Shown: one piece after another, positions 25,201 to 37,351 of the stretch | Position numbering within the stretch: the first letter of the stretch is position 1 | Layout: each line of letters starts with the position of its first letter | Source: Cyanophora paradoxa CCMP329 | Taxonomy: Eukaryota; Plantae; Glaucophyta | DNA length: 64,000 bases | Reading direction: 5' to 3' | Assembly (NCBI GenBank): GCA_004431415.1 | Contig: QPMI01000066.1 | Span: forward strand, 485,154-549,153 | Translations under genes and position numbers: made by a program | The notes under the pieces: model-generated | What the model saw: only the letters and a program-made list of their open reading frames with translations | What the model was told of the DNA's origin: nothing | The model's database searches: none

Positions 25201-26520
25201 TGACGAAGGCGCAGGCCGTTCGGATGGTCGCCATGGGCACGGTCCCGACGACCCCGTGCGGTAGAGTGCCCGACCGCAGCCGCCGGCGGAGCACAGGGCT
25301 GCGCGGCGCCGCGGCATCAGATCTCCGAGATCGGTCGTTGTCCGTTGGCAGCATTCAGAAATTGGAGGGAAATTAAAGGCGGACTTCTCTGAGACGCGCG
25401 TGAAGGAGACGTTGAGCGTGGCGGGGGCCGTCCGCAGCGTCGCCCCCGTCGCCTTGTCCGTCAGAGCCCCTGCACGCGGGTCGGCGTCGACGTCACAATC
25501 CGTCAGTGAATTTAAGCGCAGCGCAGCACTGCGGCAGCGCAATATTGCTGCTACGTATATACGCTCGCAGCACATCGCAGCGCAACGCCGTGACCAGCGG
25601 AGTACAGTGGCCACCGTACCATTCACAGACTTGGTGTCCTTCGAGAGCTCGAGCTGCGGGCCGCGCACACGCGCACCCTCGGTCAGCGGATCGGAACGGC
25701 TCGGGCTTGTTTTATTGAAGGTGAGACTCCGATCCAAAAGCGTACGACAGCGAAGGTGAGGCCGAAGTTGGCTGCCCGCGCGATCGACATCAGTGCCATC
25801 CCTGGGGGGGCCGGAAAGGGGGGGGGGGGAGGGGGGGCGGGTCGGGGGGGGGGGGAGGGGGGGGGCGCGGAACGGGGGGATGCGGGGAAGGGATGGGGGT
25901 AGGGCGGGGGGTGGGGCGGGGAGCTCGAGCAGCGCATGGGAACGAAGCAGCGCATGCATATATATGCACCCGCGAGGAGAACGAAGACGAGGGCCAGGGC
26001 GATGCCGAAGGCAATGAGAACTGCCGCAGCGCCCGCGTGGACGTGGACGACGTCAGGGGGCCGGCCGCGGTATCATGTCTAATCAGGTCAACGACTCAAT
26101 ATACATGCATATTAAGCTTGCACGCGCACGCTTCTTGCGCTCCTTCTTGAGGGCGAAGATGGAGCGCTCCTCCTCCACGAGGCGGTCTATGAGCGACAGG
26201 AGCTCGGCCTCGTCCACGCAGCCTTCGAAATTCGCGATTTCGTATGATTAGAGGCCGAGTGCGAGTGGCTGCCAGCTGCAGCAGAAGGCAGAGCGCTCTA
26301 AGAGAAAGCGTAAGGGTACACCGTCGCCGTCGGTGTCGATGGCGCGGAGGCGGTCAGCGTACTTCTGCTCGATGATGCCTCCCTTCTGCAGCTTCAGCGA
26401 GCGGCTCTGGAGGCCCCCCGCCCGCACCGCTGCCGCCGGCGTTGGCCATGCTGGCGCCGGAGCCGGCGAGACGGCCGCGGCAGCCGGGAACGCGGCGGGG
26501 GCTTCCCCCTCCGTTTTCAT
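22265..26520 (-). CDS. EF-hand + transmembrane + Cys-rich + Hog (Hint/SRR) autoprocessing-domain protein; 3' end approximate
   Basis: EF loop IDTDGDG..VDEAEL and TM segment LIAFGIALALVFVLLAG..ANFGLTFAV. Hint blocks CFPGNALV, LRLSAEHYV and GLYNPYTASGTIVVDGVVASVHS are followed by a hydrophobic SRR-like tail. Confidence 0.75.
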
Positions 26521-28211
26521 GATTCGGGAGTGCTCCTGCCAGTCGCGGTCGTACGCCGGGACGCCGACTCCGCTGCTGGCCGGGCGAGCCCTCTCCACGT
26601 CCACGCGTATCATGCCAGCAATTAAAGCGCAACGGTTCTTCCTCGCCGCCGCCGCGCACCCGGTGACCGGCACCGCGAAGAGCAGCAGGCTGCCAGCAGC
26701 AGTTTGGTGCTTCCCGGTCCGAATCCCGGAGTCCGCTGCTGCACAGCCGGCGCGGCGCCGTGCCACGTGTGCTACCGCGGCCGGTACTCTTGTGCAACCT
26801 CATGATCATCTTCTTAACTGATTTTGGTACCGGGCCGGGCGTACCTCCAATCTCCGCGATCCGAGAGTCCGATGGTCGGCCCGAGAGTCCGAGCTCGAGT
26901 CTCCGAGTCCGGATCCGCTGAGCAGACGGCCCTGCGGATGCCTTCGGAAAGCACGACCGGTTCCCGGCCCAGCTGTGAAAGTAGTTCATAGCGGTTGGGC
27001 GGGTAGGGGGGGGAGGGGGCCCGGGGGGAGGGCCGCGGGGCTGGGTGGGGGGCGGTGGGTATGGCGCATCAGGGGCATCCGGGTCCCCGGGCTGGAGGAG
27101 GGCGGCGGCATGTGGTGGGCGGCCTTGCAATTGGTGCGGGGCAGCTGCAGCGGCCCCCCGGGGCCGGGGCCGGGGCGGAGCTGGCGGCGGCCGGGGCAGG
27201 GACCGGGGGGCCGGGGGAGCTTGGGGGGTAGGGGGAGCCCGGGGAGCCCGGGGGGGGCCGGGGGAGCCCGGGAAGCCCGGGGCCGGGGCCGGGGGGAGCC
27301 CGGGGGGGCCAGGTCGGAACTGTTGGAGCTCGCTGTGAACTTGAACCGGTTTCGCCACGTGAAGCCTTTCGCAGCCGCTCGAGCTCGCGAATCGCGATCG
27401 GCGCCGGGCGCCGGCCGCGGCCCGCTCCGCACTGAGTCCGCAGCCGCTGACTCGGTGAGCGCGCGCTGCCGCGGCACCGGCGCCGCACGGCGCGCGCGCG
27501 CGCGACTTGCAATTGCCGGCGTTGACGTCGACTCAGTGCGCCGCGCGGCAGCGCCGCGGGCACTCGACGTCGGGCCGCGGGCGCTCTGCAGCTGGTGGCC
27601 GGGGCGCAGATCTAGAGAAAGTCCGAGCGGGGGGGAGATCTAGAGGGGCAGACTCTGAGAGGGAGAGAGGGGGGAGAGGGGGGGGGGGGGGGCGCTAGCC
27701 CCTCCACGTGCGTGCACCCCCCTCCGGGATCCTCCCCCCCTCTGCCCCTCTCCCTCCCCCACCTTCCTATACGTGTGTTCGAATCCACTGGGCCACGCTT
27801 TTCACTCGCGCACTGCAGCTGCGGCAAATCGCGTGAGTTGCACTTCTGAAAATTCAGAGCCGGACCGAAGACGCGGGGAGGGGCCGGGGTACAGCACAAA
27901 AAAGGCGGAAAGGGGCCGGGGTCAGGCCGGGTACAGACACGCCCCAAGGGGCAGGTGCAGGCCGATGGCAAGGGGCCGAGGGCCGGGGTCCAGGTGCAGG
28001 ACGCGGGCGCCACGGAGCCGGGGGGGAAGGGGCGAAGGCGGGGAAGAGGGAATGCGAGGGTACAGCGAGAAGCGAGGATGCAACGAGGCAGGGTACATCC
28101 AGAGGGAGGATTCGACGTACAGTCCGGTCCCTGCAGAAGAATCGGAATCTCAGTAGAGCCCTTGTCTTCGAAGGGGCGGCCGCGGGGGGCAGCGGGGGCC
28201 CCGAGCGCACC

Positions 28212-28904
28212 TTAGGGATGCGCAGCGGCTGCGGGCGGTGGGCGGGGCGGGGCGGCCCCGGCTCGGGGCGGGGCCGGGGCCGGCGGCGCCTCCTCGTTCA
28301 TAGCCAGGGCGCGGGCGAGGGCGGGGCCGACGGGGTACGGCCGCTCGCGGGGGAGCAGCGCCGCCGCGCCCGCGAGGTCGCCGGCGTCCAGGCGCGCCTT
28401 CACGGCGCGCGCGAGCGGCGTCGTGTCCTCGATGCGGGCGATCCAGTCGCCCGCGAAGGCGCGGGACGCGTCGCGCTGCAGGCCGATCTGGATGGACCGC
28501 ACTCGCTCCCTGTCGATGCAGCGGGTCCCCTGCGCGGCGTCCAGGACGCGCTCCGGGTCCCACTGCACCCGCACGTCGTACTCGCCGTGCTGCTCGTGCA
28601 CGGCGGCCCGGCCGAGCGCCTCCTCCAGTGGCCGGCGTCGGACGTGGATCGCCAGCACGCGCGTTTGGTTGGCGTCCTTCTGCGCGAACCCGCAGCGGTA
28701 CATCATCCAGCAGAAGCTCGGTTTGATCCAGGTCATGCGGTCCGCGGAGAACCCTGGGGCCCCCGCGAGGCGCTGCGACGCCAGCGCCGCGTCGGCGATG
28801 CGGTCGTTGTAGGCCTGGTACATGGTCACGGTCTCGTCGTCGTAGGCCGCGCGTATCTCGCGAAACGCCCTCGGGAGCTCGGGTAGCTGCGCGAGCGCCT
28901 CCAT
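28212..28904 (-). CDS. DUF4291 family protein, intronless
   Basis: IRAAYDDETVTMYQAY, RMTWIKPSFCWMMYRCG, VRVQWDPER and RSIQIGL lie in one uninterrupted ORF. Confidence 0.9.
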   Translation of the reverse strand: MEALAQLPELPRAFREIRAAYDDETVTMYQAYNDRIADAALASQRLAGAPGFSADRMTWIKPSFCWMMYRCGFAQKDANQTRVLAIHVRRRPLEEALGRAAVHEQHGEYDVRVQWDPERVLDAAQGTRCIDRERVRSIQIGLQRDASRAFAGDWIARIEDTTPLARAVKARLDAGDLAGAAALLPRERPYPVGPALARALAMNEEAPPAPAPPRAGAAPPRPPPAAAAHP

Positions 28905-28976
28905 TTCGAATTCGCCGTTGGGGCCGATACAGCAGCTGCAGATTGGTGCCGAAGCTGCTGAGGAGCTGGAAGCGAC

Positions 28977-31330
28977 ATGAGCGCTGAAGTCAGCCTGAGC
29001 GCGTATGAATTCGATCGCCTTCGAGTAGCGTACCCCGGCCTGGGAGCTGGGCTCAGCCGGCCCCAGCTGCAGCTGGGACTTTTGCAGCGTTCTGCAGGCT
29101 CGCGGAAGCTCGGTAGAGAACAGTTTGAAGCACGGAGGACTGGGCGTACCGGAAGACCCACGAGCGCGTCCAGCGTGAGGTGCAAGGGCGGGTCTCTCTC
29201 TGGATCTAAAGAGTCTCGTGAACTTACACTCGATCGCAGACATCGATCGCTCCGAATGGCGGGGGCTGCCGCGACCGCGGGAGAGCGCCGCGGGATGGCG
29301 GCGAGCTGCGACTGCACTGCGGGGGCCTTGCTGCAGCAGCATGCAGATGACGTTCGGAACGATCCGACGCGCTCTTCCGTCCTGCTCGGCTCGCGGGACC
29401 GCGGCGGCTCGAGCGCGGCGGTCAGCTTGGAGAGGGCGCGGCTTCGGAGCGCATTCGTCGCCGAGCGCGCGCCGTCGGGGGGCGCGAGCGGCGCATGGAC
29501 GCTGAGCGAAGCGAGCGCGGCGCTGAGGCGGGCGGTTGACGAGCGGGCCGGGAAGGAGCAACCGCTCACGCGGCGGAAGCTGGAGGACATCATCCGAGCG
29601 TGCGCCCGTTGTTCCTTCGAGCTCTGCCTGTCGTCGTTATCGTTAACTTCGCGCACGCAGGTACCGGAGCGAGGCCCTTAAGCGGAGGCGCGTAGCTTCG
29701 AATTCCGAGGGGGAGGCTGGCCCACCCGCTGTGGCCATGGCCCCCGCCGCTGCTGCTGCAGTCAATCGGGCGCCCGCCACCAGCTCAGCGCCGGCTTGCT
29801 CGGCCCCCGCTCCGGCGCCCGGTCCCAGCCGCATCCGCCCCGCTCCTCCCGTCCAGCCCGCCGCCCCAGCGGCCGCGGCGAGCTCGAGGAGCAGCTCTGG
29901 CCCCGCGCAGCTGCTGGCGTCGTCACAGGCCCCGCCGCCCGCCGAGCCCGTCCTCGCCACTGAGGAAGAGCCGCTTCCCTCCCTGCAGCGCCCCGTCCCA
30001 TCGGAGATCTTCCAGGCGATTCTCTCGCATCTGCCCGGCATCTGGCTGGTGCGGGCGCGCGCCGTCTGCGTGGCGTGGCGGGCCGCTGCGGACGAGGCGC
30101 TCCGTCGCTTCGTGGCAGAGCTCGACTGCGAGGCGTGGTACCGCGACCGCTGGTGGCTTGGCGAGCCGACGATCACCGACCCTGTGTCTCCGCGGCCGCC
30201 CCCGGAGACTACAGTCCAGCTGCCAATGTCACTCGCTGAGCTTGCTGGCGAGCTCGAGGATGTTGACCTTTCCATGTGCGAATCAGTTAACGATACAGCA
30301 CAAGCTATGGCCCATCACCGTCGTGTACTTGTCGACTTTGTCAGAGTCAGCCACACATTTTCATTTTCATACATGTACAAATGGTCTACCTGTTCACGTT
30401 GCGTTCTCATGAGCAGGTCGCGACCTATGATGCTGTTACGGACATGGTGAAACTCGTTCCGCTTCTTCTGCGGAGTCAGGTCGTGGAGGCGCTGGCGTTC
30501 AGGGGCACGAAGGATCTCTACTTCAGATCTGATGGCGCTTTCTGCCCGCGGCTCAAGCGTCTTGTGATTGATGAATGCAATCCTTATCGGAGCTTCGAAG
30601 ATCCTCCGGATCAAGACTCTCGCTTTGGAGCTGCCGTGCGCTCTGCTATATATGTTCCGTGGCCATGATGATCATGATTTCATCGACTGCAGATCGCTGC
30701 GAGCTGCAAGAATCTTGAGGTCAGTTCTTGTTCAGCTCTCTAGATCTGATTGTTCAGCTCTCTCGCTCAGTCTAGCGGCATCACATTCGGCAGGTCCTCC
30801 ACATTACAAACCACAGCCGAGAAAGCTTCAACGGCATCAACATGATCCTGGCCAGCTGCAAGCGTCTCCGCAAGCTGGTTCTTCTCAGAGATGTGTTCGG
30901 GGAAGATTCTGCCACGCGTACGATCGAACTCCACTCGAACAGCCTCCAGGAGCTGTGGCTCTCTGACCCCGTCGGCGCCTCCTTGAGCGCTCGTCTCCCA
31001 AACCTCCTCTCCCTGAACGTGGAGATGGGCGAAGCATTCGCCAACTCGGCTGCGCCCTTCCTCCGCTCCGCCCCGTCCCTCCGCTCTTTCTGTCTTTGGG
31101 GCTCGGTTTCTGTTACCGGGTACCCCCGCTCGCAAGGTGACAAGCTCGACGGCGTTCTCGAGGCAGCTGCGTCCTACTGTCGCCGTCTCGAGGTTGTCTC
31201 GCTGTGGCGGAGTGCCTGCGGCCCGCGCCTCGAGCCGGCGTTGCAGCAGCTCAGAGCCGCGAACCCAGCCATCCGCATTCGGCGGAAATATATTCAACGC
31301 TACGACCAGATTGTTCCGATTGTTGTATGA
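28977..31330 (+). CDS. F-box/LRR-like protein, multi-exon
   Basis: ORF 28977 splices in frame near 29600-29660 into an exon with the F-box-like PVPSEIFQAILSHLPGIWLVRARAVCVAWR. The C-terminus has LRR-like segments (CKRLRKLVL, SLQELWL, CRRLEVVSL). Confidence 0.65.
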
Positions 31331-31751
31331 TGAAGCACTTGCGCGTGGCCCTCGAGACAGTGCACGTGGCCCATATCCGCTTGACTTAATCAGGGCTAGA
31401 TCTAGAGCGTGGCGAAGGAAGGAAGAGCGTGGCGGAAGGAAGGAAAGAGCGTGGCGAAAGGAATTTGAAGGATGAGCCGGGGAGCTGGCCGGGGGGCAAC
31501 AGGGGCAACGGGGGGGGGGGGGGGGGGGGGGGAGGGGGGGGGCGGGCTCGGTCGGAATATCTAGTACCCCCGGCCTCTGGCTCCTCACTGACCTCTGTAT
31601 CCCCAGCCAGACCGGTAATTATTATTGCAACCACCTACAGCGTAAGTGAAGAGCTTGGATTCGCACGTGTACACTGGGGGAGGGCCCGCTAGCCCGGGAG
31701 CCCCCGCCCGGCCGCCCCGGAATTCGAATTCGAAGCCTCCGCCCCGCCTGG

Positions 31752-34046
31752 CTAGCCGAGGCGCTCGCGGGTGCGGCCGAAGGAGGTCTCCAGCAGGAAC
31801 ACGCGGTCCTTGAGGGTCTCCAGGTTCCCCTCCACCTCCGCGTCCCGCCCTGAGCGAACGAAGTCAGGACAAGAAGATGCATGTACCCCCCAGAAGATAG
31901 CCGGGCCGGGCAAGCCACACCGGGCTCGTCGACAGGGGGAAGGCCGGCGGCGGCGCGGCGGGCGGCGCGCGTGTGCGGGGCGCAGGGGCGGGGGAGGCGC
32001 CCCTCCAGGGCCTTGATCGAGCGCTTCAGGATGCCGATGTCGGTGCCGTACCCCTCCATCTCGAGCTCGCGCCGCTCTTCGAGCTTGCGGAGGCTCTCCT
32101 TGAGCGCCACGTTGCGCGCCGTGAGGTCCTTGTTCCTGTTCCGAAGCTCCGTCGCCTCGGCGTTCAGCTCCGCCTGCAGGCCGCGGCCGGCTCGAGGGGG
32201 GTACGCATATCGAAGAGGGGGTACGGCGCACGAGCTGGCGGCGGTAGTGCTCGGTGTACATCGCGGTGCCCTCCTCGATCCGCGACTGCGTGAGCTGCGC
32301 GGCGCGCGGCGTCAGAAGGCAGAGGCGGGTAAGGGGGGTACGTATATACGGCAAGCCAGAGAGGGTACATGCGCACCGACTTCTCCATGTCGACGCGGCG
32401 GGCGGCGGACTCGACCTCGAGGCGCAGGCGGTCGTTGGCGGCCTTGGTGGACTCCAGGGCCTCCGTCAGCTCGCGCTCCCGAAGCTGCGCCGAGTGCCGG
32501 TGCGCCAGGTGCTCGCGCGTCACCCGCAGCAGCTTCTCGTCCAGCTCGCGCGCCCGCGCCTCCAGCCCCGCGACGCGCTCCGCGTCCTGCCGGGCGCGCG
32601 CCTCCTCCTGCGGGGCCGTTTAGTTCAGATAGGGCGGGCAGGGTGGCGCTGGGCCCGACCTGCTCGGCCCGGACCCTCCTGTCCTCGAGGAAGACGGCCT
32701 TTTGCTCCTCGAGCGCCCTCGACTTGTCCTCGAGCTGCGGCGGCGGGACGTCAGGGGCGGCGGCGCGTGCGGATCGGCGGCGGCGGCGGCGGGAGGATCC
32801 GCGCACCTGTTCCCGGAGCTGTTCGATGGTGAGGAGAAGAGCGTCCGTCTTCGCCGTGGGGAGGTAGACCTGCGGGCGGGGCCGGGGCCGGGCGGAGGAG
32901 GTCAGGGGCGAGACCCTCGGCCGCGCTGAGAAGGCGGCGCCGCCGCACCGTGCGGAGCACGCGGGAGCCGCGCATCTCCCTCCGCGTCTTCCGGTAGGGC
33001 TCCACTGCAGAGCCCGGGTTCGCCGTCGTCTGGGCGTGCGGCGCCGTCGCGGGCCGCGAGCCCCCGAAGTTCGCCGTGGAGACCTGCACCGCCGGCGAGT
33101 ACGTCGACCCTCCGCTGACCGACGCGCCGCCGCCCTGCGCCCACTCCTCAGGAGGAGCTCGTCGGCGGTGCGCAGCGGGGGAGGGGCGCACGGCCACGGG
33201 CATCGTCACCACCAGGCCGGCGCGGTTGGGCGCGCCGCCCATGGCCGGGGAAATTGATCTGCGCGGCGGATCGGCGGCGGGCGCGCGGAGCCAGGGCGGC
33301 GAGGCGAGACGCACGCGCGGAGCGACATCGTCGCCTCGGGGGCCGGCGGCGGCCCGCTCGACTGCGGCAGGACGCGCGTCGAGTAGACCTCGGCCCGGCG
33401 ATCCCGCACGAGCGTAACGTCCTCGGTAACCGGCTGAGTAAGCACGAGCAGGTCCTCGATGTTCTTCCTGTCCTGCATCTCCTGGACTGCGCGGCAGCGC
33501 TCAGCGCCGGCTGGCTGCGGCCGCGGGCCCCTGGCCGGCAAGGGAAGGGCGCACTTTTGAACTCATCCAACTCCGCGTAAAGGTTCGAAATCAGCTGCTT
33601 CTCCTCCATGAGCTGCACGTTCGCGTCGCTGAGCGCGGACTGCAGCTCCCGGATTGTTTGCAGAGCCGTGTGCAGCTCCCAGTTCTCTGGCGGCGGGGCG
33701 ACGTCAGCAGGACGATTAAGGGGCGGATACGGCAGAGGAGCAGCCGGCCGCGGGGCTCGGCGGGCGCCGAGCTCACTCTTGTGCATGTCCGAGTGCCGCA
33801 GCTCGATGTCGTCGAGCCTGTCGCAGGGTCGGACGCGATTAGCTACTCTTATAAGCTGGACGCACCGCTTGAGGTACTCCGCGCGCTCCGCCTCGAAGGA
33901 CTCTGCGAAGCGAGGGGCCCGCGTTCAAAAAATTTGATCCCGGTTGCGGGCGGCGACGCTGCCGTTGGCGCCTCCCACGCACCCATCTTAGATCGGAAGT
34001 ACGCCAGGAGCTCCGGCGTCGGAGCCAGCTGCATGGATGCGGCCAT
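31752..34046 (-). CDS. CCDC77: Coiled-coil domain-containing protein 77 (centriolar)
   Basis: PTPELLAYFRSKM, WELHTALQTIRELQSALSDANVQLMEEKQLISNLYAELDEFK-QEMQDRKNIEDLL and RRELEMEGYGTDIGILKR resemble CCDC77 conserved blocks. Confidence 0.8.
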
Positions 34047-34164
34047 CTTTTCGATTGCGTGTGTCTGCCGTACCCCTGCTCGGCGAGTCTCTGGAGCCCA
34101 GGCGAGTTGCGGGGAAATCACCCTGCTGCTAGGAGAGAGACCGGCTGCTAGAGGAGCGCCGCAG

Positions 34165-36197
34165 ATGGGCACGTCGATGTGCCTCCCGGCAAAGCCGGAC
34201 GACCCGCCCCCGGCCGTGGCAACAGCGAACGCGGATCGTTCGATGCCCAGCGAAGCTGCCGCGGGCCGCAATTCGGACGGATCGCGCGCAGCTCCGAAGC
34301 GGGCGGAGAGTAAGCTGAAAGTTATCACCCCGGAGCTGGAGGCTCGGGCGCGCAACGCGCTTTATGCAGCGTTCTCCGGCGACGCGCTGGGCCTCGGTTC
34401 GCCGCCCAAAGGCCTCCCCGCGCTAGAGCTGGCAATCAGCCGGCTTGGAGCTTCGGTGCTCTGAGCCCGACCCAGGTGTCCACTGGGAGTACAACGCGGA
34501 AACCATCAAGGAGAAGTACGGCACACCCGATAAATTCATCACGGTGCGCCCAGGGCGCTCGAGCGGGGCCGCTCCGATCAGTCGCGCGCGGCGAAGCTCC
34601 CATCTCACGAGCGCGGCCGGCACTCCAGCCCGGCGAGCTGAACCAGTACCATGTCGGGAAGGAGGCGGGCGATCTCACGCACGTAGGCGACCAGACGATC
34701 CTGCTCCTGGTCCGCCCTCGCGCACTCGCTTCGCCGCCTCGGCTTGCCGGGCGCCTCCGCCGACGGCGCTCGTGCGCAGGAGCACGTTGCGTCGCGGAAA
34801 CGCTTCAATGCATCAGCATTCATAACGGAGGTTCGCTCGCGCGCTGCCGGGGCGGGCAACGCCTGGGTAACGCCGTGGGTGTCGGACCGTGCTTGGGCCG
34901 TGCAAGGCTCCGACACGCGCTAGAACCGATGCCGACCGCCATGTAGAGCTCAAATTGTGCCTTGCGCTTGCTAAGGATCGCGAGCGCCGCAGTGGAGCGT
35001 GTGGTTCGCGTCCTACGCGGGCTACAAGGACCACGCGTGCAAGGCGACGTACGAAAACCTCAACTCGGGCAGGGGGCCAGTCGAGGTGCGCGCGAGCGAT
35101 TTGGCGTACCCCGGACGCCCCGCGCAACCCGATACCCCCCACAGGCCGTGGCGTCGGACTCGAACGACCTGTCGGCCGCCTCGCGCATCGCGCCGCTTCT
35201 GTACCTCTTCGCGGACAAGTCTGAGCTCGTCAAGCTGATCCAGGCGTCTCGAGCCCAGGCCGGACTCACGCACGCCGGCAGCCTCGCCGCGCCCGCCGCC
35301 GAGGTCCGTGCGAGCGCCAGAGCCAAGGACTCGCTTTTTTTCTTAGACGCCGCTGACGCTGCTGCGGCCGCCGGCGCAGTTCTTCGCGCGGGTGGCGCAC
35401 GCGGTGCTGCACGGGGCCGTCCCCTCCGCCGCCATGCGCACGGTCCGTGCCCCGCCCCGCCCCGCCCCCTCACTTGCAGGGCCGAGCTCACGCTTGAGCC
35501 CGCGCGGCCGCAGGCGGTGGAGGCGATCGGGGAGGCGGCGCTGCAGGAGAAGGTGGAGCAGGGGCTCGCCGCCGCCGCCAACGCCGCCCTCACAAGCGAC
35601 GAAGAGGCCGTCACGAGCCTCGGGCCCGTCAAAGAGTTCGCTCCCGGCAAGAAGGTACACGTACCCCCTTTTGATCCCGTACCCCCGCGGGATCTTCTGC
35701 GCCGTTCTGAAACACCCGTACCCCCAGGTCGCGGTCGCGAAGGCCTGCAACGCCGACTACGCCATCCCGGCTACCGTGTACTTCATAGGTGCGCGCCTAC
35801 CCCCTTTCCGATCGCTTATCCCCCTCACTTTCGCCGCAGTCAAGTACGAGAACGCGCCGGACGCGCTCAAAGCTGCGCTGGTGGCCAACACGGCCGTCGG
35901 GGGGGACAACGCCGCCCGCGGCATGCTCATCGGTACCCCCCTGCCCCGCCCTCCCGCCCCCGGCCCGCCGCGCCGCGCCACCTCCTAATAGGGGGGCGGC
36001 GCGCAGGGCTGGTGCTGGGGGCGCGGCAGGGCCCCGCGGCGGCGGTCCCGACCGAGTGGGTCTCGGGCCTCCGCTCCAAGCCCCGCATCGACAAGGCCCT
36101 CGCCCTGGCCACGTCGGGCCTGACAACCACCCCGATAGCCGGCGCCACGCCCCCCGGATCCCCCGCAGGCGGCGAGGCCGCAGCTGCAGCGAAGTAG
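34165..36197 (+). CDS. ADP-ribosylglycohydrolase family protein, copy 2, with N-terminal extension
   Basis: Same motifs and intron positions as copy 1 (GDALGLG, VHWEYN, GDLTHVGDQT, SNDLSAASRIAPL, GGDNAARGMLIG). TAG at 36195-36197. Confidence 0.87.
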
Positions 36198-36528
36198 GCC
36201 CCTCTCATTCTGGGCCACGCTCTCTCTATGTAGCAGGACCTGCATCCTCTAAAGATCTATCCCAATATTTCAATATGCCTATTCACAGATGCTAGCCGCT
36301 GAGCCTGGGGTGCTACGGGGCTCTAATTCTGTACAAGTCCAGGGCGCTATCTGCGTACTACGCTGATGTACAAGATGCAAAAACAGGAAGCTGCGCGCGT
36401 AAAGTTCTTGAAATAAAATTAAAGGATGCCGCGTTGACTGTACCTACGTATTCTATGCCGAATCGAATCGAGGGTCTAGGGGGCTGGACAGCTATTACAA
36501 GAGCTGGGAACGCTGCAGAGAGCCCGGC

Positions 36529-37227
36529 CTACATCTCGAGCCGGTGGCCCCAGTTGAACCAGAACTGCGCGCTTGCGGACGCGGCGGGCGCCGCCGCCTC
36601 CGCGGCGACGGAAGCCGCGCCCAGCAGAGCGCCGCAGGCCATTCCCGCGGCCCTCTCGAGCGTGGGGCCCAGCGCGTAGCCCACGGAGACGCCGAAGGCC
36701 GCCGCGGCGAGGGCCACTGCGCCCAGGCTCGTCCGCGCCGGTTCGCGGGGCGAGGACGCCTCCTCTGCCTTCACTGTCGCCTGCTCTTCCGCCAGAGCCA
36801 CGGCCGCTCGCAGGGCTTGAGAGAGGGCGTAATTCCTGCGCACGGCGCCGCGGCCGTTTGAATTCTTGCTGGAAAGAGGAGGCGGGAGCTGCGGCGGACC
36901 TCGGGAGGTCGTCGATATCCGCGACGAAGAGTTGCAGCTTGCGGCGGTCCAATGGGCACTGCAGGGCGATGCAGTCGCGCCTCCACACCCAACCAACGCA
37001 TGCTGCCGCGCAGGCGCGGCGTCACGAATGCAGGGAGAACCCGGAGAAGGCGCACGAGCGCGGCCGGGCGGCGCACCTCTTGTCTGCTCGAGTTGGGCTA
37101 TGCAGGCGCGGCAGAAGCTGTGACCACAAGGCAGGACGCGCGGATCCTCATAGATGCAGAGGCAGAGAGCGCACTCGACGCCGCAGCTCAGCGAGTCGTG
37201 CGCATCGCTGGAAGCATCCGCTTTCAT
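36529..37227 (-). CDS. C3HC4-type RING E3 ligase with hydrophobic C-terminal anchor
   Basis: CALCLCIYEDPRVLPCGHSFCRAC..CPLDR..LPRNYAL after removing two GT-AG introns. Hydrophobic tail LGAVALAAAAFGVSVGYALG. Confidence 0.8.
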   Translation of the reverse strand: MKADASSDAHDSLSCGVECALCLCIYEDPRVLPCGHSFCRACIAQLEQTRGAPPGRARAPSPGSPCIRDAAPARQHALVGCGGATASPCSAHWTAASCNSSSRISTTSRGPPQLPPPLSSKNSNGRGAVRRNYALSQALRAAVALAEEQATVKAEEASSPREPARTSLGAVALAAAAFGVSVGYALGPTLERAAGMACGALLGAASVAAEAAAPAASASAQFWFNWGHRLEM

Positions 37228-37351
37228 CGCCGCGAGCGCGAAGTGCGCCGCATGCGCCGTTCGTCCCGCAGCTTGGAGAATCCAGTACCCTCCGAACGAG
37301 CTGCGGCGCTGCTGCGCCGCTGCTGCGGCGGCCGCGCTGCGTCGCTGCGAC

